NCBI GenBank assembly: GCA_030141605.1
Contig: JAQGDQ010000023.1
Span: 124,001 to 188,000, forward strand
Direction of reading: 5' to 3'
DNA: 64,000 bases
Origin: Tubiluchus corallicola
Lineage: Eukaryota > Animalia > Priapulida
The notes beneath the pieces were generated by a model. That model worked only from the letters and a program-made list of their open reading frames with translations. It did not search any database and had not been told where the DNA came from. The stretch's first letter is position 1; each line of letters begins with the position of its first letter. A program made the position numbers and the translations under genes. This document shows, piece after piece, positions 12,831-27,287 of the stretch.

Positions 12831-14349
12831 AGCTCTGCTGAAAAGTCTCATTGTCTTTAAATTTAGTTACTGTATGACTGCATTTACACATGCGCTGTAC
12901 ATTAAATGCTGAAACTTTACCATCATGGCCTTAGTATTATTTAAAATATTATTAATATAAGATTGCACTAAACATTGGGCTTTTGTAACTTAACTAAACA
13001 AGAAAATTATCGAAAGTAACTTAGTTGATCGCTAAAGCGTAATTATGTTAAATGATCATCCTTTACAATAAAGTCATGAAAATTTCAATTCAAATTTCAG
13101 ACAGGTTTCAACTTCCAAATTATGAATCTCAAGACTCAACTTTCATCTACCCTCACCCCTGAATCCATAAAATCATTAAGAATGTAAATTTTAAAAAAAT
13201 TATGTAATGTAATGCGTGTTATGTTAGTTGTTTAATGTCAAATGTATGAATAGTGTGAATGTAATGAGTGAAATTTATATAATGTAAAGCGTGTTTCTGT
13301 TAACTGTGTCATGTCAAATGTATATATAGTGTCAGTGTCATGTAAAATTTAATGTACTTTTATAATATTGGTTTGTAAAAATATTTTAATATAGTGTTTG
13401 TAAATATGTTCATTTATTGCATATCATTGGACCTTAGTTTTGCACTTAGTTTTTTTGGTATGCACTTGGACGCATTTTTCTTGAACAGTGTTGTTATTTT
13501 AATTTTCTTGAGTTGTACAAGCACTTTTTCTGCTGATATATGAACTGTTTCTTTACTATTTCTTTCTGAGCGCTTTGTTTAGTCTACTACTTCACTGTTC
13601 ACTGAGGACTGCATGGGTATAAATTAAGTCACTTTTTAATCTATTTCTATTATTGTTTTTAACCATATATTCAAAACCTCTATTTTAAAAAAATGTGAAA
13701 GAACATTTTAATTAGATATTATTAGTGTCATGGCCTGCTCATTGTATGTCCGTGTTTTATGTATTTTATCTTGTATTTTCTGTGAAAGATAATGCGAATG
13801 AAATAAATAAAAAATAAAAATGAAAACTATAGATACATTTTGTCACTATTTGTTGTACATGACATTTAACTTTTTCAGTCTCATCGTGCTAGTCCGGCCA
13901 CTTCCCTGCCGTTTCCAAGAATTTGAAAAAGTATTTTCTGAAAAAACAGTGCAGCTGGCCGTCATTCGAAGGTTTCTGTGTTGACTGTCTCCAGATTTTC
14001 CAATTCTTGCAGGGTCTTGGCACAACAGTGGAGACAAGTGTATGAGTAGGATAAGTAATCTTGTAAGTAATTAGTACTAAGAAGCCACTCAGAGTATTTT
14101 CAAACGTAATCATCATCCACAATCGTCTTGCGTCCAACAAATTCCTTATATAAAGATTAATTCCTAATTGAAGGAAGGGCAGGCAAATTATATTATGGCT
14201 ACTCATCACGAACCCATGTTTGTTTTGGAAAGGCTATATAAAAACAGCTGCTATACAACAATTTTGGCTATACAACACGCCCAGTTTTAAAACCATTGTC
14301 TACCACAGTTTTTACTTTTACTTCTAAAATAAGATATTTGATGTACCGC

Positions 14350-14830
14350 AAAATTATAGCGATGATTCGTGAAAGAACGCAAGTATCTCAGTAGTTTGCT
14401 TGCAACAGAAGACGACATTATCAAGACAGAAGATAGTGTCACTATCAGCATATACAAATACAAAAAACTCACTAAAGGTTTTGAGGATAGGAATATTTCT
14501 TTGGAAACAAAAATTAGAATATTCTTAGTCTTAGTTGAAACTATACTTTTGTACAACTCTAAGCTCTGGACTTTAAAAGCAAATCATAAAGCTCAAATTG
14601 ATGGGTTCAAAGGAGAAATTACAGAAACATTTTGAGTAAAAGATGGTCAAAGAAAATCTCAAATAAAAATCCGTGTGAAAAAATAAAAGAACCTTGGACA
14701 AGAAAATTAAAAAAGGCGCCGTTTAAGATAGATTTGGTATATGCTTAGACTACCTGATGATAATCCAGGGAAGATAGCTCTTCAACAAGCCATAGAAAAA
14801 GCAAGAAAACCTACAGAAAGATTTAAATAC
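14350..14830 (+). mobile_element. Decayed RTE-type LINE 3' fragment
   Basis: KYLSS..., ISLETKIRIFLVLVETILLYNSKLWTL, RRRLR*IWYMLRLPDDNPGKIAL. Confidence 0.8.
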
Positions 14831-16214
14831 TTCAGCCATGATCTGTAGAAACAATGGACACTGCGGCGAGTAGGGAGTCCTGGCTTAAAGAGCTGAACAG
14901 AATCATATCCCTGGACGTGAATAGAATCAGAGTCCCATCGTTGGATGAGAGATGTGATGAAAATTGTAGTGAGACGTGCAGCCAAGCATAATTTTACAGT
15001 TAAGTTTACGTACGCAAGATAAGACAGCACTTTTAACTGTAAACTGGTGGAAACGTTTAACAGAACTTATTACATTTTGTGATATAAAATATGAAATTCA
15101 TTCATCTACACACCGCTATGACCAGAATCTCTGTTACTAGAATATTGTAATAAATGATGCTGAATTACTGATCAGCTGCAAAAAAGAGTTTGTTTAATTT
15201 CTTGAACTTTTCTATGTTTGATATTAAACGGTCTTATGGCACCAATAATTTTTTAATATGTAATTTGGTTACCTATTGCGTTAAGAAGCACAAATCATGC
15301 CTGTCCGAATGTCTGACGGCTTGTTTTGGGCACATAATTTAATGTTTAAAGTGCTGGTGAAGCGCTGGTAGGCCTAATTAATTTTTGCCGGAACACTTCT
15401 AGTATCAATAATGTTTGTATAACAACTTGAATACCAAATGGTTAATTTAGGCCTACTACTCGCAGTGAGTAGTTCTATACGGTTTTGGAAAAAGATTGAA
15501 TGTTTTTGATTTAGTGAATTTTTTATGATGTTATCTTCAAAAAACAACAGAATACAGGTAAAAGACATAAAAATTTAATTTTGTGGTCACGCTTTGTACT
15601 TATATCTATCACAAACCTAACGTATACAGGGTGGTACCTAACATTTTGCTGCAGGCGGGAGGGTACAGAAATAACGAGTAACAGTACAGAATAATGTATT
15701 ATGTCAAAGTATTGCTCAAAAAATAGAGGAGCTATCATTCACCAAATGTAGTGTGGAAGTCTCTTACATCTCCCAGCCTGAAATCTTGAGGGGTAACTCG
15801 AGCAGTGACTTGAAGAACTCAAGGTACTCCAACGCCTCTTTCAGGTATCTCACAAACTTATCTGTTGACATGTTTGTTTATCATCTTAGCGTCCCGTGTA
15901 TCTTTTCGGATACCGCCAGTGTGTTTGGCGGGGTTAAGGTCAGGTAAATTTTCAAACTATTCAGTTCAATCGAAAAAAATAATTTCCGGTTTTAGGTCAC
16001 CGCTCTGGTCATGCACCTCCAGACTGCAGGCTGTACGAGAAAGATGAGGTTTCTACACTAAAGTTTGGGGCATGATTCTCCAAGATTTGAGCAATACTTT
16101 GGTGTAATACACTGTTCTGTGCTGCTACTCGTTGTTCTTATGCCTCCATGACAAGAGATTACCATTCTATAATCCAACAAGCGCACGAAATGCTGAATGC
16201 TAAAAGTCTGAAAA

Positions 16215-16295
16215 ATGTTTGCACCTACACTCGTATTCGAAGCCAGACCTTCTACTTTCCTTTCCTACTAACCACTAGACCACAGAGGCACGCTG
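16215..16295 (-). mobile_element. tRNA-derived SINE head (degenerate)
   Basis: Minus strand has an A-box-like TGGTCTAGTGGTTAG and B-box-like GGCTTCGAATAC; no full cloverleaf. Confidence 0.5.
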
Positions 16296-19200
16296 ACCAG
16301 AGTATTTGATCGAGCCATCCGAACAGGTAAGTTCATGAGTTTTAGATTTCTATCATAATAAGATCCTATTATGGGGACTAGCAGTAATTATTTTGAGAGT
16401 CCATATGCGTGTTTATAAAGCTAGTGCTTAGTGTTTTTCCACCTGCTACCTGCGCGGCATCATTTTACTTTTGTCAGCTGCACAATGTCAATAGCAAACA
16501 CCTACCTGCTTTGCAAGGTGAATCAGGAACTCACAGGGAGGGTCTAATATTGGTTGATTTGCGCATAGCAATTTGGGTCCCAACTTTTACCAAGAACTTT
16601 AAATTTTATAAAAACGACTTGACCAAGCTTATTTAAGGTGATTTTACGAAACAATAGATTTTAGCTGTGCATCGTTTCAAGATATTAATGATTAGATTTT
16701 TATTAGGCGTCGAATGCAAAGCATTGGTTACTCGCACGCATGCGTCACGCAAGCACGCACGTACGCTTTGCTCGCATATAAAATGTACAGACCTAGTAAA
16801 ATGCTATATTTCCGGTGATGCCCTTCCATCGGCTCTTTTAAGTTGTTCATTAGATGAACAAGAACGAGAACGACGGCAACATCATGGCGAAACAGACCTC
16901 TTCATAGATTACTTCGCAAGCGAGTAACCGAAAAAGCAGCATTCTAAAACTTAAGCATTATATCGGTGGCTTAATATAATCTCCCTGTTTTTGACAGAAT
17001 CGCCAAGAATCCAGAACAGTTGATACACCAATGTCCTCGAGTCGACGTAAACAGGCGAAATCTATTATTAACGAACTGGGAAATGACAACTTAAATCTTG
17101 TGTATGGCGTCAAAAATGTAAATTTGGTACCAGCACTAACTCACTTTGTAAAGGATCCTTTTATTTTAAGACCTTGTTGATAAATTTGAGCAAAATAGGG
17201 ATTACATTTGTGTCGTTTTTGAGACTGATTGTGACTTATTGTGGTCTTGAATATTAAATTAGGATTTTATAATTTTGCATATTAATTTAACTGCATTTTT
17301 GTGTTACTAGACAGGAAACTTTCTTTATTAATGACATTCGATTGTAGCACTTATTTTAATACCTCTTATTTAGTATCACTGTAAACAAAGTTACACGCAC
17401 TGTTAGAAAAGATAATTACAGGAGGCGTAACATGTAGTATTGTAGAATTCACTCTATCTATGTAAAAGTGTACAGTATTTGCACAGTAATTTTTGTCTGC
17501 AAAAAGAGGTTAATAAAGACTCATCATCATCCTTGCTTTTTCCGATCTAGCTTCAGATGTCATGAATTAAGTTTACCACAGGAGCTTACACTGATACCGA
17601 CACACGAAAACCAGCCTCAAGCTCCTAATTAGAGACTGCAGCGTCTAATTAATCTTCCCCTCCCCGAATAAAAACTTTTAAAGTAATCTGTGTTTGTTGT
17701 AGTATCCTAATCCATATTTTGAGAATCCTCTTCCCTACAGCGAATATTTCGTATAGCTGAAGCACTCGGGTGCAAGCCAGCGCAGTGAGCTCAGACATAA
17801 AAGTTTAATTGTACTCCTGACAGTTCCTGTTCCATTGACTTCTCACGGTCATTTTGAAAATAGAATGATAATGTTTCTCTGGGCATTCCTGCAAATTAGG
17901 TACTTAGATTATTGCTGTTTCAGCTGCCGAAACATTCGAATATAAAAAATGAACGTCCAAATGATTGCTCAGTTAGTCACGCAAACGGTTAGCTCTTTGT
18001 ATTTGATCGATGCATGTAGCTAGGATTGCTAAGAAAGATTTTCCACGTTCGAATGCCGATCCTCTAGCTACTTTTCAGTTCCACTATTATGTAAAACATA
18101 AATTAATTTTTTCAGTTACCGAGTTCACATGCAAGAAGCACACAAAGATTTCCATGCTGAGGTGGGGGTCAAACAACTAGAGTTCTGGATGGCTGCGTTA
18201 CTACTGAACAATTCACAGCTTTACAGTCAGTCGCTGTAGAGGATCAAAATTATTAAAAGAGCAAGATTCAGCAAGTGACCCCTTCGTCCCACCCTTGTGG
18301 ACGTTCATAACTACTTGGCGAGAATCAGCATTCACTGTGACTTCAACACAACTTATATTGTCATTTATTGAAGGTTTGCCATTTTAATCAATTCTTATTT
18401 CAAGCACAAAATAAGTGATTTCACTCAAAAATAAGTAATTTCACTCACGTTATTATTTCCGCTAATCGGTATGTGCAAATGAAGTAAACATCTCACATGT
18501 CAAGCTTGTAAGTTTTGCTGATATAATAACAATTGGATTCTTACAATAACGACCTCTGTTGTTGAATGTAATAAGAACTAATTAATCGTAACATTAACAC
18601 ATGTCCAGCTACCAATCCTGGAATATGAATAATAGTATCACACCTACAGATAACGAAGAAACGTGCGTCTATGTAAATGACACGTTTCCAAATAACACGT
18701 CGATGAAGAATTTAGAAATTACAATCAATCGCATGATTGTAATGAGAATGGTATGAGAACGACGTTATTAAATCACATAATGTCACTAAGCTTTATTGTT
18801 CTCTAGGGCACGTACAACAGAGATAAAGGGTAATAGGTAAAATTGACGCTGGTAGTAAAAATTTGTAGCATATTTCAGGATACTTGACATCAAAACTAAT
18901 TATGACAACGACACGATTGTGAACATTTTTAAAATGATCCCAGTCACGTGCTATAGGAAACAAAGTGTTCTTAAAAAAATATATTAATAATCATGCAAAT
19001 TCTGTGTTGAAGGACCCATCTATAAACTCTTCCTAACAAATTATACTGATAATCATGCGAATTCTATGTTGACGGACCCATCTTTATTAAATTAAATTAA
19101 AAAGTGTAAAGCCAAAAAGATAAAAACATCTTGTGATTTCCAATTGGAAGTAATTTTAATGTAACAGAAGATTTGAAATTATAATACTGAGACAGTACCC

Positions 19201-19599
19201 TGTGCTTGCGTACCAAAAAAATAAAAATTTCTATTTTTGTTTTTTAATTTAACCATATTTCAACCATCAATTTTGCTCAAAGATTTTTTAAATTCCTTCT
19301 GCGTTATTAAGCCTATATTTCTTAATAATGATATTTCTTGATAAATTTGATTCAACGGAAGTGGTGCTGACAAGCCACTGGCATAGTACTATCTAGTGTT
19401 TGCTGGACTAGCTGCTGTATTTATCTGTCTCGAGGGCAGATTTCTTTATTGCTAGGTTTCTGCTGCCCAGTGTCTGTAATAGACATTTGATGATGATGAT
19501 GATTGATAAAAATGAACATTTCATGTCGAAAAATTGAATATAAAAAAACCGATCAGTTGCTCACTGCAACAAGCCTTGTTAAATAGTTTATTTCTTTCG

Positions 19600-19740
19600 A
19601 TGGTATAAACTGACAGTTAAGTAAACCTGGAAAACAGGTTGTACCTTCAAACCAGAAGATTTCTGGTTCGAATCCAGGCTGCCGCACAACTTTTCACATT
19701 TCCTGCCTTTAAAATTTGGTATCAAAATTTAATTAATTGT
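19600..19740 (+). mobile_element. tRNA-derived SINE copy
   Basis: B-box GGTTCGAATCC followed by body CTTTTCACATTTCCTGCCTTTAAAATTTGGTATCAAAATT, shared with the 26700-26820 copy. Confidence 0.6.
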
Positions 19741-20688
19741 GAATTTGCGCTATCATTAATAATAGTCTTGACATTAACAACGTAATATCTAGTTCATTTA
19801 TTTATTTTATATGTTTTTTATATAAGCAACGAATATAGGATTAAATGACGCAAGTTTAATTTTTGATGACAAAAATAGTAACAATGAATAACAAATCCCA
19901 CAAGTAATAATCTAACAAATAACAATTGAACAAGGAAACTAGACAAATCGCACATAAAATAAGGCACATCGTTTCAAACTGCTACTGAAATTCTTCTTCA
20001 AGTGAACAAAAAAGGACAGAAGGAAGAATCCCAAAAAATTTACAAACTACGGAACCTATAGTTATTCTAGGAATTCCTTGTAATTTTTTCTCTTCTTTGT
20101 CATTTTTTGCCCCTCATAAAGAACTAATAAGGTCGTTCTTTCTTTTTCCTCGTTTTTAAACTTTGGGATTTCTTACTCAAATAAATTTCAAATAAAAACT
20201 ATACCAGGCGCAGTTTTATAAATGCTTTCTTCAGCTTTTATAGGGCTATGCGTCAACAGTCACGCAAGGTGTGAAGTTTTTACTGCGCTTTCTTCTGTAG
20301 TCGATAGAGCAACCTTACAAAAACAACATCGCTGTCAAACGGGTATAAACTTTAATTATAATCAGACGTAATGCGTTTATAATTAGACGTCAATTATAAT
20401 CAGACTCCAGACAGTGTGAGTATTATAGACATAGTCATTAATTTACATAGATAGATAGATAGATAAGTTCTTTAACGCCATACAATTGACAAGCAATTGA
20501 ATACAAAACGTACACTGCGACAAGCAATGTGGTAGCATGCAAGTCTGTCATTTTGTGATGACTAGACTGTTAATTGGCAATAGCGTCATTCTAAAAAACA
20601 ACTAAAACATGTTACAATTAAACGAAATATGGCTACTAAAATACAATTATTACAACCCACAATCTCACAATAGATTGGAAAATTATAA

Positions 20689-20711
20689 CGCACGCACGCA
20701 CGCACGCACAC

Positions 20712-20758
<47 letters not shown>

Positions 20759-20759
20759 A
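20689..20759. repeat. (CACG)n/(CA)n microsatellite
   Basis: Directly visible. Confidence 0.95.
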
Positions 20760-21759
20760 GTATATAGTATATAGTATTTACAGTATATAAACACACATAA
20801 TATATAGTAGACGTACGAAATTATACACATTATAGACATACTATACACAGTTTTTTACATATATACATACATACATATATATACACATGGACATATAGAC
20901 GTAAGAAGTTTATTGCGTAACTTCATTGAATAAATAAATCAATAAAAGCAAGTATAAAATTAATGATCAAATCTTATGGTCTTTGGGAAAACATATTCAT
21001 TATTTGAAGAGTCGTGTTTATACTGAGGAATATTATAGCAGTACAGATATTATAAACCAGATGTAGAGTACCTGAGTATGTTAATATTTTACTGTAATTT
21101 CACGAGAATGCTAAGCCCAAAGAAAACTCATAAGACGTTTGTATTAGTATTGAGCGAGTAGTATAAACAATAATGGCAGCGGATATTGTAGTGGGTTCTA
21201 TTTTAGTTTTGCACAATGATATTGTTGTTGTGCGTTCAATAATGGATGGAATAAAGATGATACAATTTAATCTCATCGATTCTGTCGTTCACATCAGACG
21301 TTGTTACTAAATCTTTCTTAGGTCTAATAATCTTCGTCAAACCACCACTGAATTACAACGTGCTACATATATAATGAAGTCTTAAGTCTTAAGAGCAGGT
21401 GAAGTTCCTTTTTCTTTTACTCCTGTGTATATAATTTTAGTTAGAATTTGCAATGACTCCAGTGTACCTCTGTAATGTATAGGACAAGTACCATACGTAT
21501 TGTTTGTTTGTAGTTTTTCTCGTCTCTGCATACATCTTGCTCGTCGGCTTGTAAATGTCCCTAAAGACGCCTTAACGTGTTTCGAGCAGCGTGTTGTAAA
21601 ACAGTTTGCTGCTCGTAAAAATTTGTGTTAAGTCATTTTCTAGAAATACGCCTTCGCATGCTTGTGCAAAGAGAGTATTTGTTCATTTTGTTGGTATAGA
21701 TTTTTGGCGTCTGTACATGTAAATACAAGTATATTAAATGATACGATGTATATTACAAA

Positions 21760-22115
21760 CCTGTAATCTGTAAAGATGATACAATGTATATAGTGAATCT
21801 GTAATGTGAAAAGATGATACAATGTATAATGAATCTGCAATGTATGAAGATGATGCAATGCATAATGAACCTGTGATATGTAAAGATGGTACAATGTATA
21901 TAATGAACACATACTGTATAAAGATGATACAATGTATATAACGAAGCTGTAATGTGTAAAGATGACACAATGTATATAAGGAATCTGTCATATCTAAAGA
22001 TGATACAATGTATATAATGAATGTGTAATCTGCAAAGATGATGCAATGTATATAATGAACCTATAAAATCTAAAGATAATACAATGTATATAATATACCT
22101 GTAATGTGTAAAGAG
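21760..22115. repeat. ~40 bp minisatellite, ~9 diverged copies
   Basis: Unit close to CTGTAATGTGTAAAGATGATACAATGTATATAATGAAT. Confidence 0.9.
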
Positions 22116-24955
22116 AAAATTACTGTGTCGCAACTTAAAGATTTCGTCTCAGCGCACTTTCTAAAATTTATGGTCACAAAAACTAGTCAGCTCACTTTAT
22201 TAAACAAAACCACGTCTTTTAATTTGCCTGCTTGACAGCTTTCTTTCACAAGAAATTTATCCCCTTAATATCCTGCGTTGTTTTTTTTTCGTTGTTTTTA
22301 TTTATAGTTATAGAATTTGACGAAAGCCTGAGTTTGACCAGCTGTGTTTATGGCGAATAGTTTAATGCAGACACTTATATCATTATCAGTCATTTATTAT
22401 CAAACTAAGGTTTTGTTCATACAGCTGCCGGTCGTTAAATAAGATTACTTCTACCGATCATTAAGTTAATAAAATGCATTCACAAGTAGACAAATTAGCA
22501 TCATATGGCAGTGGGAGACCTCGTTAATTATGCATTTATTGTGATTCGCAAATAAAATCTCATTACTATTTTTTATTGTGCGTATATGCCATTAGACATC
22601 ATTTGACTAGCTGAAAGAGCTAAAAAGCATAGAAGAACGTGATCAGAACAAAATAATCAGTTCCTTTCATATAAGCACTTAGCACAAGCGGTTTTGTCAC
22701 GACCTGTGCACGTTTACTGAGAGTGAATGCAACAGATATGCGCGTCGAAAAAAAAACAGTAAAAAAGGAGCTTTTGTCTTTAGACAATCAGTTGTCCCGA
22801 CTCCCGAGCAAATTAGCAACGTCAATTAGATTCCGTTGGGTTCTGTCACGCCTTTCCTTTCCAAAGGCTTTTTGAATACATTTACATCTGGCACAGTTAC
22901 AACTATATTTTGCTACACATGAATACACGAATTTTTAACTGTTTATACTGTTTTTTCACTCTTTGTGTGATTTGTGATTGTAGTCGTTCTAGGGTATCGC
23001 GAAAATTATAAAATTAATGTTGAAAAATATTATTTTATTGTAAAATTCTAAAAAACCTAAGATCACTCTGTTGATTAACGACTACACATTTTTTGTTGTT
23101 AATACATGCTTATATAATGGGATATTTTTCTATGATGTTTTTGTACCAATTGAATATTAATAAACACTTTTAAACTCTATAATTTACGTGCCATATTTTC
23201 CCACTCATTTCTGCACAAACAGTTTAGTACAATTTTATTTGCCTATATGTAATTTTATAATTATACAGGTTTTTTATCTTGTGTGTCATATCCTGTCATC
23301 GTCTCTATATTCGCTCAGTTAATGTAAACGTTTTTAATGGTCTGTGTTACCGAACAAAAACAATGAATTCAAGAAAAAACAAAAACCACAGTGGCCTACA
23401 AAGAGCCTAAATTAAAATCGTTGTAAAAACAATAATTTTGTTTCATTGCATACGGTAAATACGTTCAGTAAATGAAAGGCTGATAACGAATCAGTGAATA
23501 TTTAAAGTTTCCGTACAAGAGATGCGAGGGTATTTCTGCAAATTATAGAGCAGGCAATGGCAAAAAAGGTACAAAAAAACTGTAAACCACGCTAACAAAA
23601 CAACCAACAAATATTTGCAAAAAATAGTCGAACAGACTGTGTCATGACTTGAACTAGGCAATCAGTCACTTAATAGTCCTAGTGTGAACCAGGCATGCAT
23701 GCTTTAAAATATTGCAAAACTTGACAGAGATAGCGCTTCCCATGGGACTGTGGGAAGAAAATGTGTCATTCACTTGATTATCGCAATCGGTGCAGCTCCT
23801 GCTAAGAGGAACTGAAGCATATAAAGTAAAATGAAACAATAATTTGTTCAAAAAGTTCTGGTGAATAAAATTTAAAAACTTTTTCAATTATTCGTTGGTT
23901 AGTTTTGTAACGTGCCAGCCTGTTTGTGCCGCCTTGTTGCAGAGAGTAATTTTTATTTTTTTTATTTTGGTTATTATTCCAATTTACACAATTTAAAGAA
24001 ATGATTTTACGGGTCTTGAAATCTTATACGGTTACTTTACGTATCTGGCGTAAGAAAATCATCTGAATTGAATAGACAGTATATTATGTATTTTAAAGAG
24101 AATTCAATTTGGCTCAGTCTTTTGCCAGACACTATGCCTACACTCGCTGGTTTGAAAATAAAATATTGCATATAAATCGTCCTTAAATTGGTTGCTCAAG
24201 GTAAAGGGGTTAGTGCTAGACGAAAGCGGATGAACGCAGAACTAGAAAACAGAATTATTATAATTAATTTGCCATGGTAAGAGGTTAAAGCAGTGAGGTT
24301 TCCGCAAGTAGGGAAACTTTCTGTTAAGTAATTCCAAATATAAGAGGCTCGATAGAAAAAATTGATTAACATTTCTTGAATCAGGGAGTTTTCAGGGTAA
24401 GACGATGAGAAGCAGTAGCAAAACTAGTACTCGTAGCGACCTATCGGCGTTTAGAAACTGCAAGGTAAAGTCTAAAAGCATCTTCACTGGTGCCATAAGT
24501 AGAAATATAAAGTCGATGCTGCAACAATGCTTAGACGAACAAAAAGAATTGTACATGAGAATTACATGAAATAAAACTTGATTGCTAAATTTAAGTGGTA
24601 AATGCCACAAAAATTCATTTCGTATTTTTTATTTACTGGCATGCTATTAGCTTTGCAAACACCCACATGATGATACATTTTAATTGACGTATCTTAATGC
24701 TACCCGGAAATTAGACATAATCTCAACAGTTTATCGACGACCAATCACCGCCGATGCCGAGGATCTTCTGTGATTAAATTTGTCTGACCTTATATAGTAG
24801 AACTGATTGACAACTGAACTGAAGAGAGAGACGTTCAGCTGCTAAAATGGGTTTTAATATAATTATAGCTATAGTTGGAAGGACATTAAGAAGACAAGAT
24901 CAAAAGACGATTTTAGGGACAACACACAACACTAATTTGCCATGAAGCCTACTTT

Positions 24956-24956
<1 letters not shown>

Positions 24957-25038
<82 letters not shown>

Positions 25039-25127
25039 TAACGACAATGACAATGACAACGACAACAACAACAACAATAACAATAATAATAATAATAACA
25101 ACAACAACAACAACAACAGTAATAATG
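24957..25127. repeat. (AAT)n/(AAC)n microsatellite
   Basis: Directly visible. Confidence 0.95.
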
Positions 25128-25199
25128 ACCATGAACTACATAAGGCTTGCCATCATGAACACTTTCAATTATGTACTCACATAATAGAATGAACCAACA

Positions 25200-25700
25200 G
25201 TTGTCTTCTATTGGCCATAACGTTGGTCTTGTAATTGAAAGGTCACCTGTTGTAATCCAAGCTTAGTGTTTCGCTTTCTGTTTAGTTTAATCGAACATTC
25301 ATTAAATTTAGACTGCAAACCAATTCATAAATAGGCTTCATTCCTTCTCCAATAAATAATTTTGAAATTTAAAATTATAAAAAAGTAATTAATTGCCCAG
25401 GATCTGAATTAATTAAAAGAAAAGAAATAGTGTGGATACGTTAGCGATTGGAAATGTTCTGTTGGCCGTTTGAGCTATTACAATTGCATTAAGATGTGCC
25501 ATGATTACAGAGCGCTGTGTGGCGCAGTAGTCATAGTGTTGACTTTGTAATCCAAAGGTAACTGGTTCAAATGCAGTGCAGATTCAGTCACGACTTTTCC
25601 CACATTTACTTCTTTTCGGTCAACTTTCGGTCTCAAAACTTCAATAAAGTGACTTCATTCAATCGCTAATAAGTAATGTTGAAATTAAGAAAATAAAAAA
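25200..25700 (+). mobile_element. Two tandem degenerate tRNA-derived SINE copies (~25200-25385, ~25510-25700)
   Basis: Second copy has TGTGGCGCAGTAGTCATAG...TTTGTAATCCAAAGGTAACTGGTTCAAATGC; both end in CTTCATTC...AATAA(A/G)TAAT(T/G)TTGAAATT...AAAAA. Confidence 0.55.
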
Positions 25701-26297
25701 CTCATTACAAAAATCCATTTCAATACAAGTGACCTTGTAAGACAATACACAGAGAAAACACAGCCTACGTTTTGAGTATGTAAGTAACATAACAAAAAAC
25801 GATACAAGCCGCCTTTCGAACTACGGGTCAACGGGCTCTACTGATTTCTCACGGCAACGTGAAATACAAAGGAATTTATTTGTTCACTGTGGGGAATCAC
25901 TGGCCCGCAGTTCAAAAGAGAGACTTGCGCTTCTTAATTAACCGAATTAACTAGCAAATTAACGTTATAATTATTTTATATTATTTATTTCGCATAAAAT
26001 GCAGCTCCTTATGCTGCGTATGCAATAAAACGAATAACACAAAACAGTAAAATAGAGTACATGGGACAGCAGAATACACCTGCATGTCTTGTTTCACGCA
26101 GCTTAACTATAGATCTTTTCACATTGAAATTATAACTTGGCGCACAATCATACTTTAGTTTCTGCTCAAAATCACTGGCATGCGTAAAATATAAAAAATT
26201 CGGGACATACAGCTTTTACTACTGTTTTGCACCATACTTTAAAAAATTATCAGTTAATTGCTTATTATTAAAAATAGCGACGATCAGACTGCAATAA

Positions 26298-26372
26298 GGG
26301 CGTATTTACATGGTGCGTTTTTGGCGCATGAGTCAGACGCATGCGTGGAAAACGCACCGTGTAAATAGGCCC
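26298..26372. mobile_element. 75 bp hairpin MITE, PIF/Harbinger (Tourist)-like
   Basis: Arms GGGCGTATTTACATGGTGCGTTTT / AAAACGCACCGTGTAAATAGGCCC are near-perfect inverted repeats; TAA on both flanks (26295-26297, 26373-26375). Confidence 0.8.
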
Positions 26373-26699
26373 TAAGAAACCAGGCATTCGCAGCGACGTT
26401 CGATCATTTTAGCAGGTAAGAAAACTGGTTGTGGTTCAACGCCGAGCAAAGCTTAAGTTTTTTAGAGGACGCATGGGTCATTGGTTTAGATATTGATGCG
26501 CACACAGCAGTGAAAAAATAGGAATCTCTATTGCTTGAAGAAAGAGAAGAGGGAAGAGAAAAAGCCAAGCGGTTCTAGGAAATGCGGTTCCCGCTGTTAA
26601 AATAATACACGAAGTCTAGAAAAAGCGCTCAACGTGACCTTCAACTATAAATCAAAGTTCGATGGTTATCAAACGATGGCGCAAACTCAAAAAAAATAT

Positions 26700-26820
26700 T
26701 TGAATTTTGATACAAATTTTAAAGATAAGAAATGCGAAAAGATTGCAATATAACTGGTCAGAACCAGGGACATTCTGCTTACAAAACAGACATCTTAGAC
26801 CACCAGGCCACCGTATTCCT
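26700..26820 (-). mobile_element. tRNA-derived SINE copy
   Basis: Minus strand GGTGGCCTGGTGGTCTAAGATGTCTG...CCCTGGTTCTGACC then CTTTTCGCATTTCTTATCTTTAAAATTTGTATCAAAATT. Confidence 0.6.
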
Positions 26821-27287
26821 CAGTGATCAAAGCAGTCCAAATTTCATCCTTTATTGAAGGCTAGTAAATATTTCTTTACCTGGTTTATTGCAATTGTCAC
26901 TATAGTTAGTGTAGTGTTCAAAATGAATACGGCACTATAAATTTAGCTATTTTTATTTTTGGCCTTACATTTCTTTAAATTTGTATTACAATTTAGCGTA
27001 CATATCAATGCACACAAACACTTCACGTTTGCGCTTTTGTCTGAGCAGCAGCAGCAGCGTTATAGTTGACGGAATTCTCAAGGAGAGTCGCACTAACGGG
27101 AAAAACCGCAGAAAACAGTGTCAATTATTAGCATCATTCCCTGCTGGACAATGCATGTCAAGTTGTAAAGAAATTACACATCCAGTAATTAGAATTAGTT
27201 ATTAAAACTGGGAAATGATGTCAAGTCACGCGCAAAACATCTAATTTTAATCGTAATTAGCGCAAGTAATTGTTTCGTAAGTTACTT

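Noticed and set aside
13846-14209. Possible transposase fragment (KRQGSGR)
   Set aside because: One short motif only
25510-25590. Functional tRNA gene
   Set aside because: Stems do not pair properly and it is followed by a SINE-like body
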